From: Thermoanaerobaculia bacterium
GTDB taxonomy: Bacteria > Acidobacteriota > Thermoanaerobaculia > UBA5066
Assembly (NCBI GenBank): GCA_038245905.1
Contig: JBBRRY010000002.1
Location: forward strand, 181,606 to 245,605
Reading direction: 5' to 3'
Length of the DNA: 64,000 nucleotides
A program made the translations under genes and the position numbers. This document shows, piece by piece, positions 1 through 12,722 of this stretch (positions within the stretch are counted from its first letter, which is position 1; every line of letters begins with the position of its first letter). The notes below the pieces were generated by a model. It was not told where the DNA came from. It saw nothing but the letters and a program-made list of their open reading frames with translations, and searched no databases.

Positions 1-56
1 CTTCGTCCCACTCCGCCCGTATATCCCCCCAGGAACCATCGAGGAGGAAAAGCCGC

Positions 57-842
57 ATGACGGCCGCGATCTCTCTCAAGGGTGTCGTGAAGAGCTTCGG
101 AAAATTCGCCGCGGTCGATCACCTCGACCTCGAGATCCCGCACGGCACGACGTTCGGCCTCCTCGGCCCGAACGGTGCCGGGAAGACGACGACGATCCGG
201 ATGATCATGAACATCACGAAGCCGGATTCGGGCGAGATCCGCGTCCTCGGCGAGAAGATGAGCGAGGCGCTGCAGCACCGCATCGGCTACCTGCCCGAGG
301 AGCGGGGGCTCTATCGCAAGATGAAGGTCCTCGAGCAGCTCCTCTTCTTCGCGGCGATCAAGGACGTCGACAAGGACACGGCCATGAAGCGCCTCTCGCC
401 GTGGATCGACTCGATGGATCTCCGCCCGTGGCTTCAGAAAAAGACCGAAGAGCTGTCGAAGGGCATGCAGCAGAAGGTCCAGTTTCTCGGCACGCTCGTG
501 CACGACCCCGACGTCCTCATCCTCGACGAGCCGTTCTCCGGCCTCGATCCGATGAACGTCATCCTCGTGAAGGACTTCCTCACGGAGTTCAAGCGGCAGG
601 GAAAGACCGTCATTTTCTCGACCCACGTCCTCGAGCAGGCCGAGAGGATGTGCGAGAGCATCGCGCTCCTCTATCGGGGTCGGAAGATCCTCGACGGCAC
701 GGTCAAGGACATCAAGCACGCCTACCTCGACCGCGTTCCCCTGCCGCCACCCGTCGAGCCCGAGCCCGAACTCGAGAAAATCTTCATCAAGGCGGTCCAG
801 GAATCGGGCCTCGAGGCCCCCACCGCCGAGGAGCTCAAGTAA
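57..842 (+). CDS. ABC-2 type transporter ATP-binding protein (NatA-like)
   Basis: Walker A GPNGAGKTT, signature LSKGMQQK, Walker B ILDEPFSGLD, H-loop STH; GAGGAGG RBS upstream. Confidence 0.93.
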   Translation: MTAAISLKGVVKSFGKFAAVDHLDLEIPHGTTFGLLGPNGAGKTTTIRMIMNITKPDSGEIRVLGEKMSEALQHRIGYLPEERGLYRKMKVLEQLLFFAAIKDVDKDTAMKRLSPWIDSMDLRPWLQKKTEELSKGMQQKVQFLGTLVHDPDVLILDEPFSGLDPMNVILVKDFLTEFKRQGKTVIFSTHVLEQAERMCESIALLYRGRKILDGTVKDIKHAYLDRVPLPPPVEPEPELEKIFIKAVQESGLEAPTAEELK

Positions 843-844
843 TC

Positions 845-2215
845 ATGAACGCCAAGCTGCTCGCCATCATCAAGCGCGAGTACCTCCAGCAGGTGCGCAC
901 GAAGGCCTTCTGGATCGCGACGTTCCTGATCCCCGGACTCGGCCTCGGCATGATCTTCATCCAGGTCGCGCTCTCGCGCACGCTCGTGGCCAAGGGCCGC
1001 ATCGGCGTCGTCGATCTCTCCGGCCGCCTCTACGAGCCGCTCCTCGCGGAATACAAGGCGAGGCCGACCGACGAAGAGGAAGGGACGAAGACCGAGCCGG
1101 GCAAGGACAAGAAGACGCCGGACGCACCGGTGCTCGAGAAGGCGAGCCAGGCGCAGAAGCCGAAGCTCGTCACGAAGCTCGACCTCTTTCAGGTGAACGC
1201 GACGCCCGAGACGCTCCCGGCCGTCCGCACGAAGCTCAACGAAGACGTCCAGAAAGAGCGCATCAAGGCTTACATCGTCCTCACGCCGAAAACGCTCGAG
1301 ACGGGTGCCGCCGAGTGGCGCGCGCAGAGCGTGAAGGCCGAGGTCGTCATGCGCGAGCAGATCGCGAACTATCTCTCGCGCGCCGCGACGAAAGAGCGGC
1401 TCCGGGACAAGGGCGTCGATCCGAAGGTCTACGAGGCCGCGCGCGTGCGCGTCGACCTCGAGGCCCACGAGGCGCAGGAGATCGAGAGCGGCGAGAGCGG
1501 CAAGAACGTGGGGTTCAACATCGCCGTCTCGGCCACGTTCTTCTTCCTCATCTACATCTCGATCTTCATGTACGGCGCGTACATCATGCGCGGCGTCCTC
1601 GAGGAGAAGAACAACCGCATCGTCGAGGTCATCGTCTCGTCCGTGCGCCCGACGACGCTCATGCTCGGGAAGATCCTCGGCATCGGCCTCGTGGGCCTCA
1701 CGCAGTATGCCGTCTGGGCGGGCCTCGCCATCGCCGTCACACTGCCGGGCGCGGCGGCGGTGATGGGGATGTCGGAGGGGATCCCGCACATTCCCACGGG
1801 CACGATCGGGGCCTTCGTCCTCTTCTTCGTCCTCGGCTACTTCCTCTACGCGTCGCTCTACGCCGCGCTGACGGCCCCGTTCAACACGGAGCAGGAGGCG
1901 CAGCAGTTCGTGATGATCCCGGGCATGATGCTCATCCTCACGTCCACGACCTGGTTCTTCGCGTTCAACCAGCCGAACGGCACGCTCGCGACGGCCCTGT
2001 CCTTCTTCCCGTTCACGGCGCCGCTCATGATGTTCATGCGCATCAGCGTGCAGACGCCGCCGCTCTGGCAGATCGGCCTCTCCGTCACCATCCTCCTCGC
2101 CACGATCTGGGCCGTGGCCTGGTTCGCGGGACGCGTCTATCGCGTGGGCATCCTCATGTACGGCAAGAAGCCCACGCTGCCCGAGATCTTCCGCTGGGCG
2201 TTTCAGGCGGACTGA
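845..2215 (+). CDS. ABC-2 type transporter permease (NatB-like)
   Basis: N-terminal IIKREY..VRTKAF, EEKNNRIVEVIVSS and GKILG motifs, multiple TM helices; ATG at 845 just after the ATPase stop. Confidence 0.9.
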   Translation: MNAKLLAIIKREYLQQVRTKAFWIATFLIPGLGLGMIFIQVALSRTLVAKGRIGVVDLSGRLYEPLLAEYKARPTDEEEGTKTEPGKDKKTPDAPVLEKASQAQKPKLVTKLDLFQVNATPETLPAVRTKLNEDVQKERIKAYIVLTPKTLETGAAEWRAQSVKAEVVMREQIANYLSRAATKERLRDKGVDPKVYEAARVRVDLEAHEAQEIESGESGKNVGFNIAVSATFFFLIYISIFMYGAYIMRGVLEEKNNRIVEVIVSSVRPTTLMLGKILGIGLVGLTQYAVWAGLAIAVTLPGAAAVMGMSEGIPHIPTGTIGAFVLFFVLGYFLYASLYAALTAPFNTEQEAQQFVMIPGMMLILTSTTWFFAFNQPNGTLATALSFFPFTAPLMMFMRISVQTPPLWQIGLSVTILLATIWAVAWFAGRVYRVGILMYGKKPTLPEIFRWAFQAD

Positions 2216-2248
2216 GGGGAGTCACCGAGGGATAGAATCGGAGGCGGC

Positions 2249-2470
2249 ATGAGAAGGTCTCCGACATCCCTTCCCGGTGAGTCCGGCGAGCCCCTCGACC
2301 ACGAGGCGATCCGTCGGGCGCTTCTGACCCAGTCGGATCCGGACGCCGACGAGGCGAGCCTCATCCGCGAAAGGCTCGAGTGGTCGCCCGGAGAACGACT
2401 CGCGGCAAACGACGCCTTCGTGGGTTTCGCGCTCAGCGTACGACCCGAAGGCCCGCTCCTCCGGGACTGA
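2249..2470 (+). CDS. small hypothetical protein, possible partner/antitoxin of the downstream nucleotidyltransferase
   Basis: 73 aa, TAGAAT and GGAGG just upstream, ends 4 bp before the NTase gene. Confidence 0.6.
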   Translation: MRRSPTSLPGESGEPLDHEAIRRALLTQSDPDADEASLIRERLEWSPGERLAANDAFVGFALSVRPEGPLLRD

Positions 2471-2474
2471 GCGA

Positions 2475-2981
2475 ATGGCCCCGCTGCAGGCCGAGGAAAT
2501 TTTCGCCTGCCTGAAGCGGCACGAAGTCGACTACGTCCTCATCGGTGGATTGGCAGCCGTGCTCCATGGGTCGCCCCTCGCAACATTCGATGCCGACATC
2601 TGCCCGGCTCGCGATTCCGCGAACCTCGAGCGCCTCGCCAGCGCGCTCCGGGAGATGGATGCCCGCATCCGTACGAGCGATGCACCGGGCGGCCTCCGAT
2701 TCGGTTGCGATGCCTTCTTCCTCGCGAATGTCTCCCTTCTGAATCTCGTGACACAGTTCGGCGAACTGGATCTGTCGTTCACCCCCTCGGGGACACAGGG
2801 GTTCTCTGATCTGATGCAACAAGCCCGCCGCCTGAAGCTCCGCGACTTCGAGATTCTCGTGGCGTCTCTGGAAGATGTGATTCGCTCCAAGGAGGCGGCA
2901 AACCGGCCCAGGGACCAGATCGCGCTTCCCCTGCTGCGGCGCCTTAGGGACGAGATCGCGAAGCGCGATTCAAAACTCTAG
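2475..2981 (+). CDS. minimal nucleotidyltransferase-family protein
   Basis: IGGLAAVLHG...TFDADI (GG plus DxD), C-terminal SK..ANRPRD motif. Confidence 0.75.
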   Translation: MAPLQAEEIFACLKRHEVDYVLIGGLAAVLHGSPLATFDADICPARDSANLERLASALREMDARIRTSDAPGGLRFGCDAFFLANVSLLNLVTQFGELDLSFTPSGTQGFSDLMQQARRLKLRDFEILVASLEDVIRSKEAANRPRDQIALPLLRRLRDEIAKRDSKL

Positions 2982-2994
2982 TCCCAAGGGCGTC

Positions 2995-3024
2995 AAAAGC
3001 GCCCGTGCCTTGCGGCACGGGCGC
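2995..3024 (-). terminator. intrinsic terminator downstream of the malic enzyme gene, between convergent genes
   Basis: 11-bp stem GCGCCCGTGCC/GGCACGGGCGC, 4-nt loop, followed by TTTT on the minus strand. Confidence 0.7.
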
Positions 3025-3047
3025 GGCGAGCAGTTCCGAAGAGGGCG

Positions 3048-4799
3048 CTACGCGAGGACCGGGGAAAGCGTGGGCATCTCCGCGCGGGTCGGAGCCGGGA
3101 CCATCGGGAGATAGGCCGGGTCCCAGATCATCGCGGCGACCGCCTTCGGAATCTCCGCGTCCGGGATCTGCCGCCCGACGCCCGCGTTTCGCGCCTCGGC
3201 CACGACCGCCTCGGCGATTCGCTGGCTGACGCGCCGAATCTCGGTCGCGGACGGGAAGAGACTTCCGGAAGCAAGGTCCGAGGCGCTCACATTGTCGGCA
3301 AGCGTCTGGGCGGCCACCGCGAACATCCCGTCCGTCACTTCTTTCGCCTCCGCCACGAGGGCCCCGAGGCCGACGCCGGGGAAGATGAAGACGTTGTTCC
3401 CCTGGCCGATCGTGATCATGCGGCCCTTATGGGGCACCGGGTCGAACGGGCTTCCGGTGGCGATGAGGGCGCGGCCGTCCGTCCAAGCCACGATGTCCAC
3501 GGGCTTCGCCTCGCTCTTGCTCGTCGGGTTCGACATCGGGAAGATGACGGGGCGTTCGACGTGTTTCGCCATCTCCCGGACGATCGCTTCCGTGAACGTG
3601 CCCGGTTCTCCCGAAGTGCCGATCAGGAACGTGGGCTTCACGGCCCTCACGACGGCCAGGAGGTCCCGCGGCGCGCCCTTCTTCAGTCCCATTTTCTCCG
3701 CGAGAGCCGCCGGCCACGCGAAGTCGCGCTTGTGGACGTCCTTGATCTCGACGTCGTCGACGACGAGCCCCTGACTGTCGAGGTTCGCGATGGCGCGCGT
3801 CAGCGCCTCGCCCGAGAGGCCCGCGCGCCGGAAGGTGTCGCGGAGCAGCCGGGCAATGCCGATCCCGGCCGCACCCGCCCCCAGGATGACGACGCGCTGG
3901 TCCTTGAGCGCGACTCCCGTCGCCCGGCAGCCGGCCATCATCCCCGCCGTGGCCACGGCGGCCGTTCCCTGGATGTCGTCATTGAAGCAGGTGATCGACT
4001 TCCGGTAGCGGTCCAGCAGCCGGAACGCGTTCACCTTCTTGAAGTCCTCCCACTGCAGGAGCGCTTTCGGGAAACGCTTCTTCACGGCCTGCACGAATTC
4101 CTCGACGAGAGAGTCGTACTCGGGTCCGCGCAGGCGCGGAAGCCGCCAGCCGAGATAGAGCTCGTCCTTCAGGAGCGATTCGTTGTCGGTGCCGACGTCG
4201 AGGCTGATGGGAAGCGTCTGCGACGGATGGATGCCCGCCGCCGCCGTGTAGAGCGCCAGCTTGCCGATCGGGATCCCCATGCCTCCCGCACCCTGGTCGC
4301 CGAGGCCAAGGATGCGTTCGTTGTCGGTCACGACGATGAGCCTCACGTCGTCGAACGGTGCATTGCCGAGGATCTCGTAGATCCGTCCGCGGTGGGCCGG
4401 GGTGATCCAGAGCCCGCGACCGCGGCGGAAAATGTGACTGAATTCCTGACAGGCCCGCCCCACCGTGGGCGTGTAGACGATCGGCAGGAACTCCTCGACG
4501 TGGTCGATCAGGAGCCGGTAAAAGAGGTGCTCGTTCCGATCCTGAAGAGCCGCCAGGCCGATGAACTTCTCGAGCGGGTCTGGCTTCCGCGAGATGTTGT
4601 CGTAAACCCTTCGCTCCTGTTGCTCCAGGCTGCTGACCGCGGCAGGCAAGAGCCCTTCCAGCCCGAAGTCCTTTCGTTCCTGTGCATTGAACGCAGAGCC
4701 CTTCGTGTACATGGGATGGCGGAGAAGCCGGGTGCCGCGGAAAGGCACCTCGGAAGATTGTTTTCCCTTGGATTCGAAGCGGAGCGCGAACGTTTCCAT
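3048..4799 (-). CDS. maeA: NAD-dependent malic enzyme
   Basis: PIVYTPTVG, VTDNERILGLGDQG, QWEDF, FNDDIQGT, GAGAAG, SNPTSKSE, GQGNN motifs; ATG 4799 with GGAGG upstream. Confidence 0.93.
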   Translation of the reverse strand: METFALRFESKGKQSSEVPFRGTRLLRHPMYTKGSAFNAQERKDFGLEGLLPAAVSSLEQQERRVYDNISRKPDPLEKFIGLAALQDRNEHLFYRLLIDHVEEFLPIVYTPTVGRACQEFSHIFRRGRGLWITPAHRGRIYEILGNAPFDDVRLIVVTDNERILGLGDQGAGGMGIPIGKLALYTAAAGIHPSQTLPISLDVGTDNESLLKDELYLGWRLPRLRGPEYDSLVEEFVQAVKKRFPKALLQWEDFKKVNAFRLLDRYRKSITCFNDDIQGTAAVATAGMMAGCRATGVALKDQRVVILGAGAAGIGIARLLRDTFRRAGLSGEALTRAIANLDSQGLVVDDVEIKDVHKRDFAWPAALAEKMGLKKGAPRDLLAVVRAVKPTFLIGTSGEPGTFTEAIVREMAKHVERPVIFPMSNPTSKSEAKPVDIVAWTDGRALIATGSPFDPVPHKGRMITIGQGNNVFIFPGVGLGALVAEAKEVTDGMFAVAAQTLADNVSASDLASGSLFPSATEIRRVSQRIAEAVVAEARNAGVGRQIPDAEIPKAVAAMIWDPAYLPMVPAPTRAEMPTLSPVLA

Positions 4800-4888
4800 G
4801 TTCTCAAACCCCTCCACATGACAACGTGGGTTCCGGGCAGCCGGAAGGGCATGAGTCATCTGGCTCAGGCGTTCTGAAAAGCTGTGGC

Positions 4889-5962
4889 CTATGCGCTGAC
4901 CCGAAAGTTGACGACGTCGCCGTCCTGGACGACGTAGTCGCGGCCCTCGACGCGGAGCGTGCCGTGCGTCTTGCAGTGCGCGAAGGAGCCCGCCTCGACG
5001 AGTGTCTGGAACGGCACGACCTCGGCTCTTATGAAGTGCTTTTCGAAGTCCGTGTGGATCGCGGCAGCCGCCTTCGCGGCGTGCGTCCCCTTCGGGATGG
5101 ACCACGCGCGGCACTCGTCCTCGCCCGCCGTCAGGAACGACATGAGGCCGAGCAGGTCGTAGGAGGCACGTAAGAGCCGGTCGAGCGCGCGGTCCGGCAG
5201 GCCGAGGTCCTTGAGGAACTCGGCCTGGTCCTCCGGCGACATCGCGGCGATCTCCTGCTCGATCGGCGCCGACACGGCGCTGAACGCGACGTGAGGCTTG
5301 CCTTTCCACGCGTCGAACTTCGCCTTCGCGAGCGCGCCCGCGAGGTCGCCCGCCTCGCTCTCGCCTGCGTTCAGGATCACGAGCATCGCCTTTCGCGTGA
5401 GAAGGCCGAAGCCCTTCACGTACTTCTCCTCCTCGACGTGGACGTCGAGCCCGCGCAGCGTGTCGCCCTTCTCGAGGGCCGCCTTGAAGCGCACGACGAG
5501 ATCTTTCTCGGTCTGGAGCTCGGGCGTCTTCTTCTTCGCGATGTCCTTCTCGATGCGCTCGAGGCGGTTCGAGACGACCGAGAGGTCCGCGAGGAGCATC
5601 TCCGTCTCGAGGAGCTCCAGGTCGCGCGCCGGGTCGACCGAACCCTCCGGATGCGGCACCGCTTCGGACGAGAAGCCGCGGACGACGACCGCGAGGCCGT
5701 CCATCTGCCGCAGCTCGGGGAGGTTCAGGCTCTGGGAGCCGCCCTTCACGACGCCCGGGACGTCCACGAACTTGACGGTCGCGGGTGTGTGCTTCTTCGG
5801 CTTGAACATCGCCGTGAGGCGGTCGAGCCGCGGGTCGGGGACGTGGGCGATCCCGACATGGGCCTCGCGCTTGTGAGGCGTCGCGGCCGCCGCGTGGCCG
5901 GTGAGGAGCGAGAAGATCGTCGTCTTGCCGGAGAGCTCGAGGCCGAGGATTCCGAATTCCAT
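4889..5962 (-). CDS. ychF: redox-regulated ATPase YchF (Obg family)
   Basis: VPDPRLDRL, FVDVPG, SFLTAG, IHTDFEKHFIRAEV, EGRDYVVQDGDVVNFR; variant P-loop GLELSGKTT. Confidence 0.9.
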   Translation of the reverse strand: MEFGILGLELSGKTTIFSLLTGHAAAATPHKREAHVGIAHVPDPRLDRLTAMFKPKKHTPATVKFVDVPGVVKGGSQSLNLPELRQMDGLAVVVRGFSSEAVPHPEGSVDPARDLELLETEMLLADLSVVSNRLERIEKDIAKKKTPELQTEKDLVVRFKAALEKGDTLRGLDVHVEEEKYVKGFGLLTRKAMLVILNAGESEAGDLAGALAKAKFDAWKGKPHVAFSAVSAPIEQEIAAMSPEDQAEFLKDLGLPDRALDRLLRASYDLLGLMSFLTAGEDECRAWSIPKGTHAAKAAAAIHTDFEKHFIRAEVVPFQTLVEAGSFAHCKTHGTLRVEGRDYVVQDGDVVNFRVSA

Positions 5963-6069
5963 GGGGGGATTCTCTCCTAACCTCTCGAGTTGTGGCCGCT
6001 CAGGCTCGCATGCTAGATTCCGCGTCCCTGCGGGCCGATAAGGCTCGAGAGGCTCCTGCGGGGACACGT

Positions 6070-6145
6070 GCCGCGTTCGTCTAGCGGTTAGGACGCCGCC
6101 CTCTCAAGGCGGAGATCACGAGTTCAAATCTCGTACGCGGTACCA
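6070..6145 (+). tRNA. tRNA-Glu (anticodon CTC)
   Basis: acceptor GCCGCGT/ACGCGGT, anticodon arm CCGCC-CT-CTC-AA-GGCGG, T-loop GTTCAAATC, encoded 3' CCA; 76 nt. Confidence 0.95.
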
Positions 6146-6316
6146 CTTCCCTCCTCAGGAGCCGTTCGGCCGAGATACAGATCTCACCGGAGAGTTCAGC
6201 GCGCCTCGCCGGCGTTCGCTAGCGCGACTAGGTCTCAAGTACGTGATACATCGGCATCATTTGGAGGATTGCCCGCTGATTTGATGATGGCTTCCTGGTA
6301 GAAAAGGGAGGCCCTC

Positions 6317-9937
<3,621 letters not shown>

Positions 9938-9947
9938 GGAGACGACG

Positions 9948-10958
9948 ATGGACCTCACCACCCGCTATCTCGGCCTGACCCTTCCCCACCCATTCATGCC
10001 CGGCGCCTCGCCGATGGTCGACGACCTCGATCTCGTGCGCCGCCTCGAGGACGCCGGCGCCTCGGCGATCGTCATGAACTCGCTTTTCGAGGAGCAGATC
10101 ACCCGCGAGGAGGTCGGCACGATCCGCCAGATGGAGATCGTCTCCGGCTCGTACCCGGAGGCCCTCACGTACTTTCCGGAGCCGGAGGCCTTCAAGCTCG
10201 GCCCCGAGCGGTATCTCGACCGCGTGCGCCTGCTCAAGAAGACCGTCCGCATCCCCGTCATCGCGTCCCTGAACGGTGCGACGCCGGGCGGATGGGTCTC
10301 CTTCGCGGCGCGGATCGCCGAGGCCGGCGCCGACGCGCTCGAGCTGAACCTGTACGACGTCGGCGCGCACGAAGGCGAGCCGGGCTTTTCACTCGAGCGC
10401 CGCCTCCTCGAGATCGTAAGAACCGTGAAGGCCGCGGTGAAGATCCCGGTCGCCGTGAAACTGTCGCCGTTCTTCTCGTCTCTCGGCTCCTTCGCCTCCG
10501 AGCTCGATGCGATGCGCGTGGACGGGCTCGTCCTCTTCAACCGCTTCTATCAGCCTGACATCGATCCCGACAACCTGGAGGTGACGCCCGCGTTGCGCCT
10601 CTCCACGCGGGACGAGCTCCTCCTGCGCATTCGGTGGATCGCGATGCTCTCGGGGCGCGTCCAGGCGTCCCTCGCCGTCACGGGCGGTGTGCACGACGCC
10701 CGCGACGCAATCAAAGCGATCATGGCCGGCGCCGACGCCGTCCAGATCGTCTCGGCCCTCCTCTTGCGGGGTCCGCGGGCGCTCGCAGAGATCCGGACCG
10801 AGGTCGAAAGGTGGATGGAAGAGCACGAGTACGAATCGCTTGCCCAGATGAAGGGCAGCATGAGCCTGCTCTCGTGCCCGGACCCGGCAGCCTACGAGCG
10901 CGCGAACTACGCGCGCGTCCTCCAGAGCTACAAGCTCGAGGAGCCCGCCGCGATCTAG
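9948..10958 (+). CDS. dihydroorotate dehydrogenase-like flavoprotein associated with nifJ
   Basis: MDLTTRYLGLTL, SLFEEQI, IPVAVKLSP, LFNRFYQPDID, TGGVH, AYERANY; GAGGAG RBS. Confidence 0.88.
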   Translation: MDLTTRYLGLTLPHPFMPGASPMVDDLDLVRRLEDAGASAIVMNSLFEEQITREEVGTIRQMEIVSGSYPEALTYFPEPEAFKLGPERYLDRVRLLKKTVRIPVIASLNGATPGGWVSFAARIAEAGADALELNLYDVGAHEGEPGFSLERRLLEIVRTVKAAVKIPVAVKLSPFFSSLGSFASELDAMRVDGLVLFNRFYQPDIDPDNLEVTPALRLSTRDELLLRIRWIAMLSGRVQASLAVTGGVHDARDAIKAIMAGADAVQIVSALLLRGPRALAEIRTEVERWMEEHEYESLAQMKGSMSLLSCPDPAAYERANYARVLQSYKLEEPAAI

Positions 10959-10962
10959 GGGC

Positions 10963-10981
10963 GATCCCCTTCGGGATCTTT
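10963..10981 (+). terminator. possible weak terminator hairpin after the nifJ operon
   Basis: GATCCC-CTTC-GGGATC followed by TTT just after the stop codon. Confidence 0.4.
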
Positions 10982-11078
10982 GCGGACGCCGGGATCATCG
11001 GAACCGCCTCAAGGTCGAGGCGGTCGTTCACGATGCCGGCGTCTTCCCGGCGCCCGTTGCGGTAGGCTGGCCGGGTTC

Positions 11079-12722
11079 ATGCGCTTCCCAGTCCAGCGAC
11101 TCCTCACCGCCTTCGCCCTCGGCGCCCTCCTCCTCGCCAGGGCCCCGCTCGCCGCGCAGCTGACAGGGCTCGCACCCGAGCCGACGCCGTCCGCCGCCGA
11201 GGTCGCCGGTGATCCCTACCGCCGCGAGACGCCCTCCGGAGCGTTTTTCGGCTACATGCGGGCTGCGACCCGCCAGAATTGGGTCCTCGCGGCCGAGTAT
11301 CTCCAGTGGCCGAAGGGCGCCAGGACGCCTCGCGAGGAGGTTGCAAAGGAGCTGAAGGCCGTCCTGGACGAGCGCTTCGTCGGCGACCTCGAGAAGCTCA
11401 GCCGCTCGCCGCTCGGCAACGTGAACGACGGCCTCTCCCCCGACCTCGAGCAGGCGGGCGCCATCGAGCGCGGGGACGATTCGTTCGACGTTCTCCTCGT
11501 GCGCACACAGCCGGCCGAAGGCACCGCGATTTGGCTCGTCTCCTCACAGACTCTTCGCGAGGTTCCGGCCGCCTTTCACGACTTGACGACGCCTGGGCTG
11601 GACCGCCTGATGCCGGCGATCCTCCAGCGCCAGGTCGCGGGCACGCTGCGCCTCTGGCAGGTCCTCGCGTTCTGGGTGTTGATTCCCATCGCGTGGCTCC
11701 TCGCGCGCCTCCTCGTCGCCGCCCTTCTCGGCGGCGCGCGCCGCGCGTTCGCACGGCGACCTTTCGCCGAGGGCCTCGCGGGCGGTCTCGTTTCGTTCCG
11801 CGGCCCGCTCGCGCTCCTCGCGGCCGTCCCGCTCCACGCCTTCGCCGTCGCGAAGATCGGCCTTCCGCTGCTCGGCCGGTACAACTACGGCCGAGCCTGG
11901 CGCCTCGTCGTCATCGCCGCCCTCGCGTGGCTCCTCATCCTCGTTCTCCGCTTCCTGACGTCGCGCGCCACGAGGCGACTCCTCGCGTCCGGCGCCACCG
12001 CGGCCTCCTCGCTCACGATCGGCCGCCGCGTCCTCCAGGGCACCGTCGTCCTCCTGGCCCTGCTCGCCGGCCTCGCGAGCCTGGGCGTCAACCTGACGGC
12101 GACTCTCGCCGGACTCGGCATCGGCGGCGTCGCCCTCGCGTTCGCCGCACAGAAGAGCCTCGAGAACCTCTTCGGCGGCTTCGTCGTCCTCTCGGACAAG
12201 ATCCTCCGCGTCGGCGACACCGTCCGCATCGGCACGGCGGTTGGCGAGATCGAGGACGTGACGCTCTACGCGACGCGCCTCCGCGCCTTCGACCGCTCCG
12301 TCGTTACGATTCCGAACGGCTCTCTCATCACGGCTCAGATCGAGAACCGGAGCCGCCGCGACAAATTCTTGTTCAATCCCACGCTCGGCCTCGTGTACGA
12401 GACGACGGCGGAGCAGATGCGCGCGGTCCTGGGGAACCTGCGCGCGCGGCTGGCGTCGGACTCCCACGTCGAGAAGGGCACGATGCGCGTCCGCTTCGTG
12501 CGCCTGAACTCCTCAAGCCTCGACGTGGAGGTCTTCGCATACCTCCTCGTCCCCGACTACACGACGTTCCTTGCCATGCAGGAGGAGCTTCTCCTCATGC
12601 TCCTCGACGTCGTCGAGAAGGCCGGAACGTGCCTCGCGTTCCCGTCGCAGACGACGTACGTGGCGGGCGAGGCGGCGTCTCCGCTCGCGGCCCGGCCCGC
12701 ACGGGCCGCCCCGGCCCCATGA
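11079..12722 (+). CDS. MscS family mechanosensitive channel with N-terminal periplasmic domain
   Basis: signal peptide; AGLGIGGVALAFAAQKSLENLFGG, RVGD, TRLRAFDRSVVTIPN, AFPSQT. Confidence 0.9.
   Translation: MRFPVQRLLTAFALGALLLARAPLAAQLTGLAPEPTPSAAEVAGDPYRRETPSGAFFGYMRAATRQNWVLAAEYLQWPKGARTPREEVAKELKAVLDERFVGDLEKLSRSPLGNVNDGLSPDLEQAGAIERGDDSFDVLLVRTQPAEGTAIWLVSSQTLREVPAAFHDLTTPGLDRLMPAILQRQVAGTLRLWQVLAFWVLIPIAWLLARLLVAALLGGARRAFARRPFAEGLAGGLVSFRGPLALLAAVPLHAFAVAKIGLPLLGRYNYGRAWRLVVIAALAWLLILVLRFLTSRATRRLLASGATAASSLTIGRRVLQGTVVLLALLAGLASLGVNLTATLAGLGIGGVALAFAAQKSLENLFGGFVVLSDKILRVGDTVRIGTAVGEIEDVTLYATRLRAFDRSVVTIPNGSLITAQIENRSRRDKFLFNPTLGLVYETTAEQMRAVLGNLRARLASDSHVEKGTMRVRFVRLNSSSLDVEVFAYLLVPDYTTFLAMQEELLLMLLDVVEKAGTCLAFPSQTTYVAGEAASPLAARPARAAPAP

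Noticed and set aside
6070-6316. tRNA-Glu as an integration site for an island
   Set aside because: No integrase nearby and no duplicated tRNA 3' end noticed in the window; flanking genes are core metabolism
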